Notes: generated by a model from the letters alone, not told the origin. A stretch of 64,000 bases of DNA from an uncultured Acidobacteriota bacterium (GCA_963804995.1 CAWDSK010000006.1:1600001-1664000), one strand, 5' to 3'; shown: positions 1-9,394, counted from the first letter of the stretch. Numbers and translations: made by a program.

Positions 1-678
1 CTTGAAGATGAAGGGAGCCTTGAAGTCAGTCAGCGCTCCGCGCGCCAGGCTGGACTGAATAATTTCCATCATGGTCTCCGGCCGCACCCCGGCTTTGGTA
101 GCCAGCACAAAGCCTTCGCAGAAGACCTCGAGCACCGTGGCCTGGATGGTGTTTTGCGCGAGCTTGGCAGACAGACCAAGCCCATGCGATCCGCAATAGA
201 TGTGCTTCTTGCCGAGCACCTGGAGGGTGGGCAGAGCGCGGTCGAAAGCCTCGCGGTCGCCGCCGATCATGAACGTCAGTTCCCCTTTTTCCGCGCCGTG
301 CTTGGAGCCGGTCACCGGCGCGTCTAGCCAGGTGGCGCCTTTGCCCGCCACCAGGCAAGCCATCTTGCGGCTGACGACGGGGCTGATGGTGCTGGAATCG
401 ATCACCAGCGTGCCGGGCCTGACCGATTCCAGAATCCCTCCCGTGCCGGTCACCACCGCTTCCACCGCCGGAGGGTCGCTGACAATCATCATGACGACTT
501 CGGCATCGCGCGCGGCATCGGCGGGCGAAGTGGCCACGCGCGCGCCCGCTGCCTCGAGCGCCGCGGTCTTCCCCGCCGTACGGTTATAGACCGCAAGCTT
601 GTGACCCGCCTTAATTAAGTTCAGCGCCATGGGCTGCCCCATGATTCCGAGTCCAATGAATCCGATCGATTGCGCCAT
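1..678 (-). CDS. NAD(P)-dependent beta-hydroxyacid dehydrogenase (3-hydroxyisobutyrate/tartronate-semialdehyde reductase family); runs off the window start
   Basis: Manual translation: MAQSIGFIGLGIMGQPMALNL (Rossmann motif), LDAPVTGS, AKLAQN; RBS AGGAGG upstream. Confidence 0.9.
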   Translation of the reverse strand, partial: MAQSIGFIGLGIMGQPMALNLIKAGHKLAVYNRTAGKTAALEAAGARVATSPADAARDAEVVMMIVSDPPAVEAVVTGTGGILESVRPGTLVIDSSTISPVVSRKMACLVAGKGATWLDAPVTGSKHGAEKGELTFMIGGDREAFDRALPTLQVLGKKHIYCGSHGLGLSAKLAQNTIQATVLEVFCEGFVLATKAGVRPETMMEIIQSSLARGALTDFKAPFIFK

Positions 679-713
679 GTGTTTCCTCCTGGAGTTTGTA
701 AGGGCGGGGCTTA

Positions 714-943
714 TGGTTTTGAATTCCTAGAATTCTCAAACGCCCCGCGCGGGGAAGTAACCCCTCATCCGTCCTCCTACGTCGGCCACCTTCTCCCCCT
801 AGGAGAAGGCTGGGATTCACGATGCCTAGCCCTCTCCGAGGGGAGAGGGTGGACCGCCGCCGGCGTTTTCATCAGCCGGGGCGGGACGGGTGAGGGGTCA
901 CTTGGGCCTTTGAGAATTCTACAAGTTAGGAATTCAAAAACCA
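714..943. mobile_element. MITE-like element with TIRs TGGTTTT(T)GAATTCCTA and a TA duplication, carrying REP hairpins
   Basis: Inverted ends at 714-740 and 909-943; removal restores the palindrome GGCGGGGCTTAAGCCCCGCC; a degenerate left end recurs near 1945-1980 in a different flank. Confidence 0.6.
828..897 (-). repeat. Dispersed ~70 bp REP-like repeat (CCCCTCACCCGTCCCGCCCCGGCT...CCACCCTCTCCC..GGAGAGGGC), copy 1 of 6
   Basis: Near-identical copies at 1985-2054, 19490-19623, 47689-47821, 50636-50705 and 63156-63225, all intergenic. Confidence 0.9.
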
Positions 944-1006
944 TAAGCCCCGCCAGTACAAGCCCTCCCTGATTATTCCCACGCCCCGCGGCCAGCTAAG
1001 TCTCAA

Positions 1007-1072
1007 GCTGAAACCTGATAGCTGATCGCTGACCGCTTATAGCTGAGGGCTGATAGCTGAAAGCTGATAGCT
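1007..1072. repeat. Degenerate heptamer tandem repeat (GCTGANN)n
   Basis: gctgaaa cctgata gctgatc gctgacc ... gctgata gctgaaa gctgata. Confidence 0.75.
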
Positions 1073-1804
1073 TTACGTCATATACCACCCGCCATCCACG
1101 TTGATCGTCTGCCCGGTGATGTAACCGTTGCCCGCCAGCAGCACGGCCACGTCCGCGACTTCCTCGACTTTGCCGAATCGCCCCACGGGGACAAGGTCCT
1201 GACGCGCGCGCGGATTCGCCGCCACCATCTGGGTGTAGACAAGCGCCGGCGCGATGGCATTCACGGTAATGCCCTCACCCGCCAGGAGCCCGGCATAGGA
1301 ATGTGTCAACCCCAGCATGCCAGCCTTGGACGCGGCGTAGTGCGGTCCCACCACTCCGCCCGTATGTGCCGCCACCGAGGAGATATTGATAATGCGGCCC
1401 CAGCGGCGCGCCCGCATTCCCGGCACTACTCGCTGCGTGACCAGGAAGGCGGACTTAAGATTCACCGCCAGGAGTTCGTCCCAGTCTTCTTCACGAATCT
1501 CTTCGAGCGCCTGGGGTCGCGTAATCCCGGCATTATTGACCAGGATTTCGATGGGCCCTAATCCCTGTTCGACGGCGTTCACCAGGCGCGCCACCTCCAC
1601 GGATTTCGAAACATCACCCTGCACAGCCAACGCCCGCCGTCCCGTGTACCGGAGGAGATCGCAGACGTCCTCGGCCTCCGTCTGATGCCGAAAGTAATTG
1701 ACGGCCACGTCCACGCCGGCTTTGCCCAGGGCTGCGGCAATGGCCCGGCCGATCCCCAGACTCGCGCCGGTCACCAGAGCAACTTTGCCTGTAAGGTCAT
1801 CCAT
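1073..1804 (-). CDS. SDR family oxidoreductase (3-oxoacyl-ACP reductase-like)
   Basis: TGASLGIG, NNAG, YAASK motifs. Confidence 0.9.
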   Translation of the reverse strand: MDDLTGKVALVTGASLGIGRAIAAALGKAGVDVAVNYFRHQTEAEDVCDLLRYTGRRALAVQGDVSKSVEVARLVNAVEQGLGPIEILVNNAGITRPQALEEIREEDWDELLAVNLKSAFLVTQRVVPGMRARRWGRIINISSVAAHTGGVVGPHYAASKAGMLGLTHSYAGLLAGEGITVNAIAPALVYTQMVAANPRARQDLVPVGRFGKVEEVADVAVLLAGNGYITGQTINVDGGWYMT

Positions 1805-1984
1805 GATGGTGGCGGGACCAACGTCCCGAAGTAGCGCCTGCTCAAATCACGGTGCAGATAATTGATTTTGTAACGCTGACCGGAACCTGTCCCGACCTCG
1901 GTCGGGAGGTCGGCACTGCATGACATGGCGATCATGCCGACCTAAAGGTTCTTGAATCCCTGGAATCCTCAAACGCCCACGTAA

Positions 1985-2054
1985 CCCCTCACCCGTCCCG
2001 CCCCGGCTGATGAGAACGCCGGTTGCGGTCCACCCTCTCCCCCCGGAGAGGGCT
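1985..2054 (+). repeat. REP-like ~70 bp repeat, copy 2
   Basis: Matches 828-897 in reverse orientation. Confidence 0.9.
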
Positions 2055-2102
2055 GTTAATCAAGGTGGGTGCTCATTCGGCATACGAAGAGCAAGTGTAG
2101 CG

Positions 2103-4015
2103 GTTGCGGTAGGGATACCGGTTACCCGGTACCCCCCGCACGGATCCGTACGTGCGCTGGTTAGCGCATACGGCTCTTATCTCGGATGTGTGGCGGCGAA
2201 CCGTTGGGATGGCCAAGGATGCACAACGTGCGGAGCAGGCAACCAGCAGGCCGCAAGCTTCCCCAGTCGGTCCCAGTTGAGGCGGTGGCGTTGACTGCGT
2301 TGACGCAGTTGTGTTCGCCACAGTCGGGTCAACCGTTCCCGAAAGATTCGCAGGCGGTTGAGGTTTCCCGGTACCGCGTGATAGTTGAAGTAGCCTTGCA
2401 CGACCGACCGGAGCCATTTACCCGTATCCGCGATGGGATCGTGCCGACGCTGCCGGAGTTGTTGCTTGAGTTCCTGCAACTTCCCCCGCAGGCGCTTGCT
2501 GATCGTCTTCCGCTTCACGGTAAATTGCCCCCTCCGGTTCTTCCCGCTGATATGCGTGAAGCCCAGAAAGTCGAACGTCTCCGGCTTACCTTCTCCTCTC
2601 CGTTTCCGGTAAAGTTCGGCAAACGGCCCGAACTCGATCCGGCGCGTTTTGTCAGGATGCAGTTCCAATCCAAACTTCCCCACCCGCTCCCGGAAATCCT
2701 CCAGAAAGCGGTCGGCTTCCGTCTGCGATTGGAATCCAAGGACCGTATCGTCGGCATACCGCACCACGACCACGTCTCCCCGGGCGTGCTTCTTGCGCCA
2801 CGCCTGCACCCACAGGTCAAAGACGTAGTGCAGATAGATATTCGCCAGCAGGGGCGAGACCACCGCCCCTTGTGGCGTACCCATCTCCGTCTCCGACCAT
2901 TCGCCTTCCTCCCTCACCCCGGCTTTCAGCCATTTCTGGATGAGCCGGAGAATCCGGGGGTCGGCGACGCGATGCTGCACGAACTTGAGCATCCATTCGT
3001 GGGATATCGAATCGAAAAATCCACGAATGTCCGCGTCAAGAACGTAGTTCACGTGCTTCACCGTGAGCGCGTACGAGAGCGCGTCCAGCGCTTGATGCTG
3101 GCTGCATCCCGGTCGAAAGCCATACGAGAAGCCCAGAAAGTCTTCCTCGTAAATCGCATTGAGGATGGTGACCACGGCCTGTTGGACGATCTTGTCCTCC
3201 AGTGCCGCAACCCCCAACGGACGTTGCCGCCCGTCGCCTTTCGGGATATACGCCCTTCGCGAGGGCTTCGCTCGGAATGCTCCGCGGTGGACCCGGCTGT
3301 GCAGATCGACGAGTCGACCTTCCAGCCCGCTTTCATACTCCTGCCACGTCATGCCGTCTACTCCCGGTGCAGCTTTTCGCTTCAAGGCGTAAAAGCTTTC
3401 CCGCAGCAGATCGACCGTTAAGTGGTGGAGCAAGGCCGTGAACTTCATCTCCCTGTGTTCCTTCGCGGCTTTCCGCACACCCGCGAGTCCCTGGGACACG
3501 CGTGCCCCGCTCTGTGTCGGGTGCGTGTTAGGCCAACGGGTGTTCTCCTTGATCAGCGGCCTTCCCTCCTCATTCTCCGCCAACGGCTTCCCGTCTTTGT
3601 TCAAATGATTCATCGGTACTGTTCCGCTGTCCGACTCCTCGAGAGCGTGCAGGCGGGCTGTACGGCCATCGCCTTTTCCCGCCGTCCGGCCACGATCTAC
3701 GGCGGCCGGCGCCTCCGAGGTCTCCCGGTTCTCGTGCAGAAAGTGTCTAGGCGTGTCTGGGGTCTACGACTACGCAGGACTGTGCCGGAACTCGCGTTGG
3801 CGTCCCGGCCTCATGTTGCCTTCCGTTTAGTCTGAAAACGTCGGCGTCCTGATTGGACATTTTCGAAGCTCAATACCCAGCCCACCTATTCCCCTGTTTA
3901 CGCTTCACCGTGCGCCTCACGACGCCCAGCGCAAAACTCGGGGCCGAGTGGATCGCTGCTCCTTCCTCGTGAGAAATTTTCATTCTCTGCTTTCTGCCGG
4001 TTTATCCCGGCGCAC
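2103..4015 (-). mobile_element. Group II intron, full length, ~1.9 kb
   Basis: 5' end GTGCGCCGGGATAAACC at 4015; domain V/VI GAGCCGTATGCG...GCACGTACGGATCCGTGCGGGG and terminal ...CCGCAAC at 2103; encodes an RT/maturase. Confidence 0.93.
2177..3613 (-). CDS. ltrA: Group II intron reverse transcriptase/maturase without an endonuclease domain
   Basis: IPKGDGRQRPLG, SYGFRP, GTPQGAVVSPLLANIYL, YADD, FDFLGF, maturase X domain (GYFNYH). Confidence 0.95.
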   Translation of the reverse strand: MNHLNKDGKPLAENEEGRPLIKENTRWPNTHPTQSGARVSQGLAGVRKAAKEHREMKFTALLHHLTVDLLRESFYALKRKAAPGVDGMTWQEYESGLEGRLVDLHSRVHRGAFRAKPSRRAYIPKGDGRQRPLGVAALEDKIVQQAVVTILNAIYEEDFLGFSYGFRPGCSQHQALDALSYALTVKHVNYVLDADIRGFFDSISHEWMLKFVQHRVADPRILRLIQKWLKAGVREEGEWSETEMGTPQGAVVSPLLANIYLHYVFDLWVQAWRKKHARGDVVVVRYADDTVLGFQSQTEADRFLEDFRERVGKFGLELHPDKTRRIEFGPFAELYRKRRGEGKPETFDFLGFTHISGKNRRGQFTVKRKTISKRLRGKLQELKQQLRQRRHDPIADTGKWLRSVVQGYFNYHAVPGNLNRLRIFRERLTRLWRTQLRQRSQRHRLNWDRLGKLAACWLPAPHVVHPWPSQRFAATHPR

Positions 4016-4140
4016 CAGACCTCCGCTTTTGAGGTCTGCAGTTCTTCATTAGACTCGCGCCACTGAATCCGAGGCCAGCTCCGCACGTTGAGATTTCGCG
4101 TGAAGAGCCGCGGACCTCAACAGCGGAGGTCCACGCTACA
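4016..4140. repeat. Inverted doublet of a GTAG-type REP (TGAAGA.C.GC.GACC...GGTC..CGCTACA); the left unit is split by the intron
   Basis: Intact units at 4101-4140, 19746-19784 and 49913-49951; the left unit rejoins as 4048-4016 plus 2102-2096. Confidence 0.8.
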
Positions 4141-4156
4141 AGTCCTCTACAAATTC

Positions 4157-5506
4157 TCAAGCCCCGAAGTTGAGCCACAACCGCACGTCGCGAACATTGT
4201 TATCCGTGAATCCGGTATCCAGCGTGTCGCCCAAGGTGCGGAAAAACGAATAGGAATCGCTTGCGGCATGGTAGGCGGCAGCGTCGAGACCCAGAGCCTG
4301 CGCGCGCGAGGTGGTGTTGCCGTCGGCCACCGCGCCGCTGGTGGGACTGTTGCCGTCGCGCCCGTCGGTGCCAGCGCTCAGGACGACGCGATGCTGTCCC
4401 GCAATTCTTTGCGCAGCGTAAAGCACAAAAGCCTGGTTGCGCCCCCCCACCCCCAGGCCCGTCACCGGGCAGGTAACCTCTCCGCCGATCACCAGGCACA
4501 CGGGCTGGCCCCGTTGCGCCTTGGAAAGCGTGTCAAGTGCGGCCAGGTTTGAGTGCACCACCTGCTGGTAGTCGGCGTCCCAAATACCTCGGTCGAGCTC
4601 CGCGGTAAACCCGAGCTTTTCCGCAGCCGTCAGGGCGGCGCCCACCGCATCGTGGTTCGATAGCAGGCAGAAGTATTGCGAGTTCTCAAAGCGCGCCTCG
4701 CCGGGCTTGGGAGTCTCCAGCAGTTCCCGGCGCTCAAAGAATTTGCGAACGCTTGTGGGGAATTGCCGCACCAGGTTGTTGTCAACTGCCAATTCGTACG
4801 TCTCTTCCGCCGTGGATTCATCGGGCATAGTGGGGCCGGAAGCGACCATCGACGGCAGGTCGTCGGGGACGTTGGAAATATAGATGGTGAGTTGCTGCGC
4901 CGGATGCGCCCGCGCGCCCAGCCTTCCGCCCTTGACCGCCGATAGGTGCTTGCGCAGCACATTGATCTTCTCGATGGGGAGGTGCGAGGTCACCAGCACG
5001 CGGTTGAATTCGATAAGGTCGGCAAGCGTGATGCTGGCGTCAATGGGTTGCGCAAAAAGCGCGGAGCCTCCACCAGAGACGAGGAAGATGACCGCATCGT
5101 CGCGGGTCAGATTGGTGACCAGATCGAGCGCCGCCTGCGCGCCATCCAGGCTGCTGTGGGTGGGATAGGGATGGCCGCCCACGAAATAATGGAAGCTATC
5201 GAGCTTCGTCGCTTTTTCCGCCGGCCCTACTGCCACGCCCGCCTGGATGCGTCCGTCCAGAATTTCGTCCAGCACGGCAGCCATGCGGTTGGCGGCCTTG
5301 CCAAACGCCACCACGCGCGGAGGCCGCGGCAGGGGAAGCGAAATTCCATTGGCCAGCAGCGTGTTGCCCTCGAACTTCAGCTTCGCCAGCATGGCGTTGC
5401 GCACGTCGATGGTCGCCATGGTCTCATGGAAAATCTGGCGCGCCAGTTGCTTCCCCTGGGCATAGGGAAGCTTCATGAGGGCTGCGGATTGGGCGGGGTT
5501 GGTCAT
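4157..5506 (-). CDS. Glycerate kinase type 2 (MOFRL/DUF4147, TtuD-like)
   Basis: FGKAA, SGGGSAL, RKHLSAVKGGRL, GGRNQ, GTDGRDG, TDNNVRD. Confidence 0.9.
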   Translation of the reverse strand: MTNPAQSAALMKLPYAQGKQLARQIFHETMATIDVRNAMLAKLKFEGNTLLANGISLPLPRPPRVVAFGKAANRMAAVLDEILDGRIQAGVAVGPAEKATKLDSFHYFVGGHPYPTHSSLDGAQAALDLVTNLTRDDAVIFLVSGGGSALFAQPIDASITLADLIEFNRVLVTSHLPIEKINVLRKHLSAVKGGRLGARAHPAQQLTIYISNVPDDLPSMVASGPTMPDESTAEETYELAVDNNLVRQFPTSVRKFFERRELLETPKPGEARFENSQYFCLLSNHDAVGAALTAAEKLGFTAELDRGIWDADYQQVVHSNLAALDTLSKAQRGQPVCLVIGGEVTCPVTGLGVGGRNQAFVLYAAQRIAGQHRVVLSAGTDGRDGNSPTSGAVADGNTTSRAQALGLDAAAYHAASDSYSFFRTLGDTLDTGFTDNNVRDVRLWLNFGA

Positions 5507-5937
5507 CAGGACATCCTCTGCAGCGCGTCTACACCAGCTTGCGCCACCAGAACGTCTTCATCCTCAGTGCCGGCGCTGACTCCGATGCCACCCACGCATT
5601 GGCCGTCCACAACGAGCGGCAATCCACCGCGAATGCAGGTCAGCTTGCCGTCGGTGGCTAGCGCCAGGCCCAGTGAGAGCATCACGCTGGGTTCACCTTT
5701 GGCGGGCGAAGGACCCGTGGCCGCGCGGCGCAGCGCCGCAGCCCGAGCCTTGGTAAGCGCCACCTCGGAAGAGGAAAGCTTGGCGCCGTCCATGCGGGCA
5801 AAGGCCAGCAGGTAGGCTCCCTCATCCACAATGGCAATGTTTTGCGGGACTTTGATTTCGCGCGCCTTCGCCTCCGCCGCGGCAAGGATGGCGCGCGCGC
5901 CTTCAAGCGTCAGACGAATGTTGTTCCGGGTCAGCAT
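5506..5937 (-). CDS. GlcG/HbpS family heme-binding protein
   Basis: IAIVDEGAYLLAFARMDGA, GGLPLVVDGQCVGGIGVS. Confidence 0.88.
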   Translation of the reverse strand: MLTRNNIRLTLEGARAILAAAEAKAREIKVPQNIAIVDEGAYLLAFARMDGAKLSSSEVALTKARAAALRRAATGPSPAKGEPSVMLSLGLALATDGKLTCIRGGLPLVVDGQCVGGIGVSAGTEDEDVLVAQAGVDALQRMS

Positions 5938-6067
5938 GCCTCCATTATTGGGAACCCGGCGGGGAAACGCAAGGGAGTTCGGGTAGTGGTGCAGTTTGAT
6001 GTTGTAGCGGCGAGTTTACCTCGCCATAGGGCGGCGGAGCCGCAACCAAAACGTGACACGGGCGGGA

Positions 6068-6215
6068 GAAGCTGTGAAATAATTCAGGAAAGAGCAAAAT
6101 CATTTCACGCAAAGGCGCAAAGTCGATGAGGCGCAAAGAAAACAAAGCAGTTGTTCATTCACAGTCTTTGCGTCTTGGCGCCTTTGCGTGAAATTGTTTA
6201 TTTTTTCACAGCTTC
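6068..6215. mobile_element. MITE-like element A1 (TIR GAAGCTGTGAAA, 3-bp TSD GGA) in a REP loop
   Basis: GAAGCTGTGAAA...TTTCACAGCTTC; removal restores the hairpin CACGGGCGGGACGCCCGTG. Confidence 0.75.
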
Positions 6216-6277
6216 GGACGCCCGTGGCACAACGTAGGGCCCAGCGGCGAAAGAATCGAGTCCAGATCATGGTGTTC

Positions 6278-6384
6278 TCAGCTTTCAGCTATCAGGTCTT
6301 AGCTATCAGCTCTCAGCTATCAGCGATCAGCCACGGCCTCCTGGCCCACCGGGTCTTTAGCTGGGAGCTGAGAGCTGATCGCTT
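6278..6384. repeat. Heptamer tandem repeats (TCAGCNN / GCTGANN)
   Basis: tcagctt tcagcta tcaggtc ttagcta tcagctc tcagcta tcagcga; same family as 1007-1072. Confidence 0.7.
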
Positions 6385-6469
6385 CATTCATACCTCAGCG
6401 CCATCATGGGATCGACCTTCGCGGGTGGCGCATACGTGCCGCCTTTTGGCATGTATGCGATCACAACAT

Positions 6470-6610
6470 TCAGTCCATAGAGAGCATGGAGTCATCCTTC
6501 AGAAAATAAAATCTCCAACGGGACCACGGCCAGTCGCCGGGTTTCTCAACCAATTTGCGGGTAACCAGAGGCAGGTGATTGAGACCGTAGAAATGTTTCT
6601 GCCGGGGCAC
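6470..6610 (-). pseudogene. Internally deleted REP-associated tyrosine transposase (RAYT) flanked by REP hairpins
   Basis: Manual translation MPRQKHFYGLNHL fused to VTRKLVEKPGDWPWSRWRFY (RAYT-like N and C termini, HUH core missing); hairpins at 6422-6459 and 6637-6677. Confidence 0.7.
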
Positions 6611-6750
6611 CCGGTCATCTTACTACCTTTGAAGGCCGCATACGAACGCAAAGAACGCGTACGTCTGCGCTACCGCTACGCATACGGGCCGACCGCTGGG
6701 GCCCTGAGAGTTCACGCGGGAGTGGGAAGGACGCACCCAGCGCCGCTTGA

Positions 6751-6906
6751 CGCCCGGACCTCACCTCGCGCCCTTTGCGCTTCATTCTGGTACGTGAATA
6801 CTTGATTGCCTACGCGCCCGAGGAAAAACCTTTGTGGGTTGTCGCCGTCATGCACGGACGGCGCAGCCCGCGCATCATGGCCGCAATTCTCAGAGGCAGA
6901 GATTAA
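6751..6906 (+). pseudogene. 3' remnant of a ParE/RelE toxin gene
   Basis: Reads RPDLTSRPLRFILVREYLIAYAPEEKPLWVVAVMHGRRSPRIMAAILRGRD*; no 5' half. Confidence 0.65.
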
Positions 6907-6928
6907 CTCCCACCCCCCTGTGTTTTTC

Positions 6929-6973
6929 TTGACAGAAGAATTCTGCTTGTATAGTGTAACGATACGCCATACA
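6929..6973 (+). promoter_or_regulatory. Putative sigma70 promoter and operator of higBA
   Basis: TTGACA at 6929, TAGTGT 17 bp downstream, imperfect palindrome GTGTA..TACAC. Confidence 0.5.
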
Positions 6974-6989
6974 CTTGAAAGGACGGAGC

Positions 6990-7268
6990 GTGATCGAGAG
7001 CATAAAACACAAAGGTCTTAAACGGCTCTATGAGAAAAACGACCGCAGCGGCATCCGGCCCGATCTGGTGGACAAGGTGCAGAAAATTCTCTCCGCTTTG
7101 GAAGCGGCGGAAGGCCCCGGCGATATGGTCCTGCCCCTGTTCCGGTTTCATCCGCTAACAGGAAACCGGCGCGGCACGTACTCAGTCACGGTTAAGGCCA
7201 ATTGGCGCGTTACGTTCAGCTTTCGGCAAGGAGCCGCTTGCGACGTGGATTTAGAGGATTATCACTAA
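6990..7268 (+). CDS. higB: HigB-family (RelE/ParE superfamily) toxin
   Basis: IESIKHKGLKRLY...FHPLTGNRRGTYSVTVKANWRVTF...DLEDYH. Confidence 0.9.
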   Translation: MIESIKHKGLKRLYEKNDRSGIRPDLVDKVQKILSALEAAEGPGDMVLPLFRFHPLTGNRRGTYSVTVKANWRVTFSFRQGAACDVDLEDYH

Positions 7269-7281
7269 CGGAGGACAGAAC

Positions 7282-7581
7282 ATGCCGATGAAAAAACCCA
7301 ACCATCCCGGCGATCTTATCCGGGATTGTCTTGATGAGCTGAAGATCAATGTTACGGACGGTGCCAAGGCGCTCGGCGTGACGCGTGCGACGCTTTCCCG
7401 CATTCTGAATGGCAAGGCCAGCGTATCCCCGGAAATGGCCGTGCGTCTCGAAAAGGCACTCGGGAGTTCGGCGGGCTTTTGGCTTCGGCTCCAACTCAAC
7501 TACGATCTGGCGCAGATACAGGCGCGAAGCGCAAAAATTCAGGTGCGCCGCCTTGCTGCGCCGTTGCAAGTGGCGCTTTGA
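7282..7581 (+). CDS. higA: HigA-family HTH antitoxin
   Basis: HPGDLI, ALGVTRATLSRILNG, SPEMAVRL, FWLRLQLNYDL. Confidence 0.92.
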   Translation: MPMKKPNHPGDLIRDCLDELKINVTDGAKALGVTRATLSRILNGKASVSPEMAVRLEKALGSSAGFWLRLQLNYDLAQIQARSAKIQVRRLAAPLQVAL

Positions 7582-7678
7582 CCGTTTTAGAGAGAGTGAA
7601 CTCTGCCCCCGCCGTGTTTCTAGCCCCGGAAGAAAAGTCTCTGTGGGTTGTCGCAGTCAGAGGGGTAAAATAGTTGCT

Positions 7679-7772
7679 GACCTCACCTCGCGCCCGTTGC
7701 GCTTCATTCTGGTACGTGAATACTTGATTGCCTACGCGCCCGATGGCCGCAATTCTCAGAGGCAGAGAGTAA
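7679..7772 (+). pseudogene. Second, internally deleted copy of the ParE 3' remnant
   Basis: Direct repeat of 6757-6906 lacking the middle segment; a third fragment lies at ~7623-7657. Confidence 0.7.
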
Positions 7773-7886
7773 CCCCGCTCCTTCATTTCGCGTGTTTCGC
7801 AAACACTCCTTTGCGCAACGCAGGCTGTGGATTGTTGAAGGGGAAACGGTGTCGGGAAACGGGGGTGGCCCTGGAAACGGTACCTG

Positions 7887-8035
7887 GAAGCTGTGAAAAA
7901 ATTGACAATCTCGCGCAGAGACGCAGAGGCGCAGAGATACGAAATAAATAACTACTTTATTTTCTTTGTCGCCTCTGCGCCTCCGCGTCTCTGCGCGAGA
8001 TGCTTTTGCTCGTTCCGGAATTTCTTCACACGTTC
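7887..8035. mobile_element. MITE-like element A2 (3-bp TSD CTG) in a REP loop
   Basis: GAAGCTGTGAAAAAA...TTCACACGTTC; removal restores GGAAACGGTACCTGACACCGTTTCC. Confidence 0.75.
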
Positions 8036-8101
8036 CTGACACCGTTTCCCCCACCGTTTCCCCCTTAGGATTGAGGAATGAAGGCCCCGGCTGGACGACG
8101 T

Positions 8102-9171
8102 TTAAGGCTTCCGCGTCGGTATAACCTTTCTCTCTCCAAAGTATACTGCGGAAACTTCCGAACGGCGGATGAACAGTGCCTCGCGATCACCCAAGGAGGA
8201 CAGGATCACGTAATACCCCTCTCCAGTCTGATCCAGAACCTTGACATTAACGACTGTCGAGTCGGTCCACTGAGGCTGCTTATCCAGATAGAGTACGGCG
8301 GGCATTGGGGCACCACCACCGAATTTCTGCTGCATCTCGCCGTAAATAAAAAACGTGTAGTACGAAATCAGAAGAACCGTAACGAGCCAGTTTCCCCAAT
8401 GCAATGCTTTGCGGACGGGGTCCCTGGCCCGGGTCACGATTGACGCCACAACCCCCGCTGCAAAGTACCACAGGGCTAGGTGCTTCGTCTGCCATGAGGC
8501 CTCGCTCGTGTCAAGCAGCATCGCGAAGAAAAGAAGTGCCCAGCTTGAAATGATAAGCAATACACAACCTCCTGGCCTCCTATCGATGTAACGAATGATT
8601 GGCACAAACGACGCGTAATACAACATGAGCGCCGCCGCCTGCAGAAGCTCCACCCACTCAGGCATGTCACCCCCGATCGCCGCTGGGCTTATGAGCAGAA
8701 ATCGCGAAATAAATCCCGTAACTATCGTGGTGAGTATGAATGCAGACAAGCGGGCCAGTTTTGGGCAAATGCCACCTCAGGGCTTCGAGGCACCGCCCAG
8801 GTAGGAAGTTCCACGAACCGCGTGAACCCAAAATGGAAAGCGGCTGCGGGTAGGGTGCTCAGGATAGCGAACATGAAGCCCGTGAAGAAGAGTCTCCCGC
8901 GAATCGGGTTGAACTCCATGAAACCGAACTGCGCCTCGTACGCAGATACGATTATGAACCCCACTCCGTACGTCAAGGCCAGGGCCGTGGCCGTCGCACG
9001 GGAGATGGCCTCGATTCCCCACTTTGGAGCGGGGGCCTGAGCATCGAGATTGTCACTATTTTCGGCCACGCATTTAGATTGCGCCGGTGCGGCTAACGCC
9101 GGGCGGAAGCATCCTCGATCTTGACAGTACCATGAAGCGGGGCACGTTGCTATTGCCGGTAGCGTAGACAT
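8102..9171 (-). pseudogene. Multi-pass membrane protein of unknown function, split into two frames (8722-9171 and 8102-8749)
   Basis: Consecutive hydrophobic ORFs overlapping out of frame. Confidence 0.55.
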
Positions 9172-9270
9172 CGCCCCTTATGTGCGCGCGCTTTGCGCTC
9201 CTCTGCGACCAACGTGGCCGCAAACAATCAAATCCATTTGGCCGTAAAACGGCCGAACCGTGCTTCTGGA

Positions 9271-9323
9271 GCGGGTAGCGCATCAGAGTCTCTGAGAGGC
9301 GAGACTCTGATGGCGCTACCTGC
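9271..9323. repeat. GGTAG-type REP palindrome related to the deleted-RAYT REPs
   Basis: GCGGGTAGCGCATCAGAGTCTC...GAGACTCTGATGGCGCTACCTGC. Confidence 0.65.
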
Positions 9324-9394
9324 TTAAGATCCAGCAAGGAGGTATCTAGCAATCGTGCCGCGAGGTCGTAGTCTAATTGTCTGCTGCTGCGAAC

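Noticed and set aside
2186..3421. 411-aa plus-strand ORF
   Set aside because: Antisense shadow of the intron RT in GC-rich DNA; no recognisable motifs
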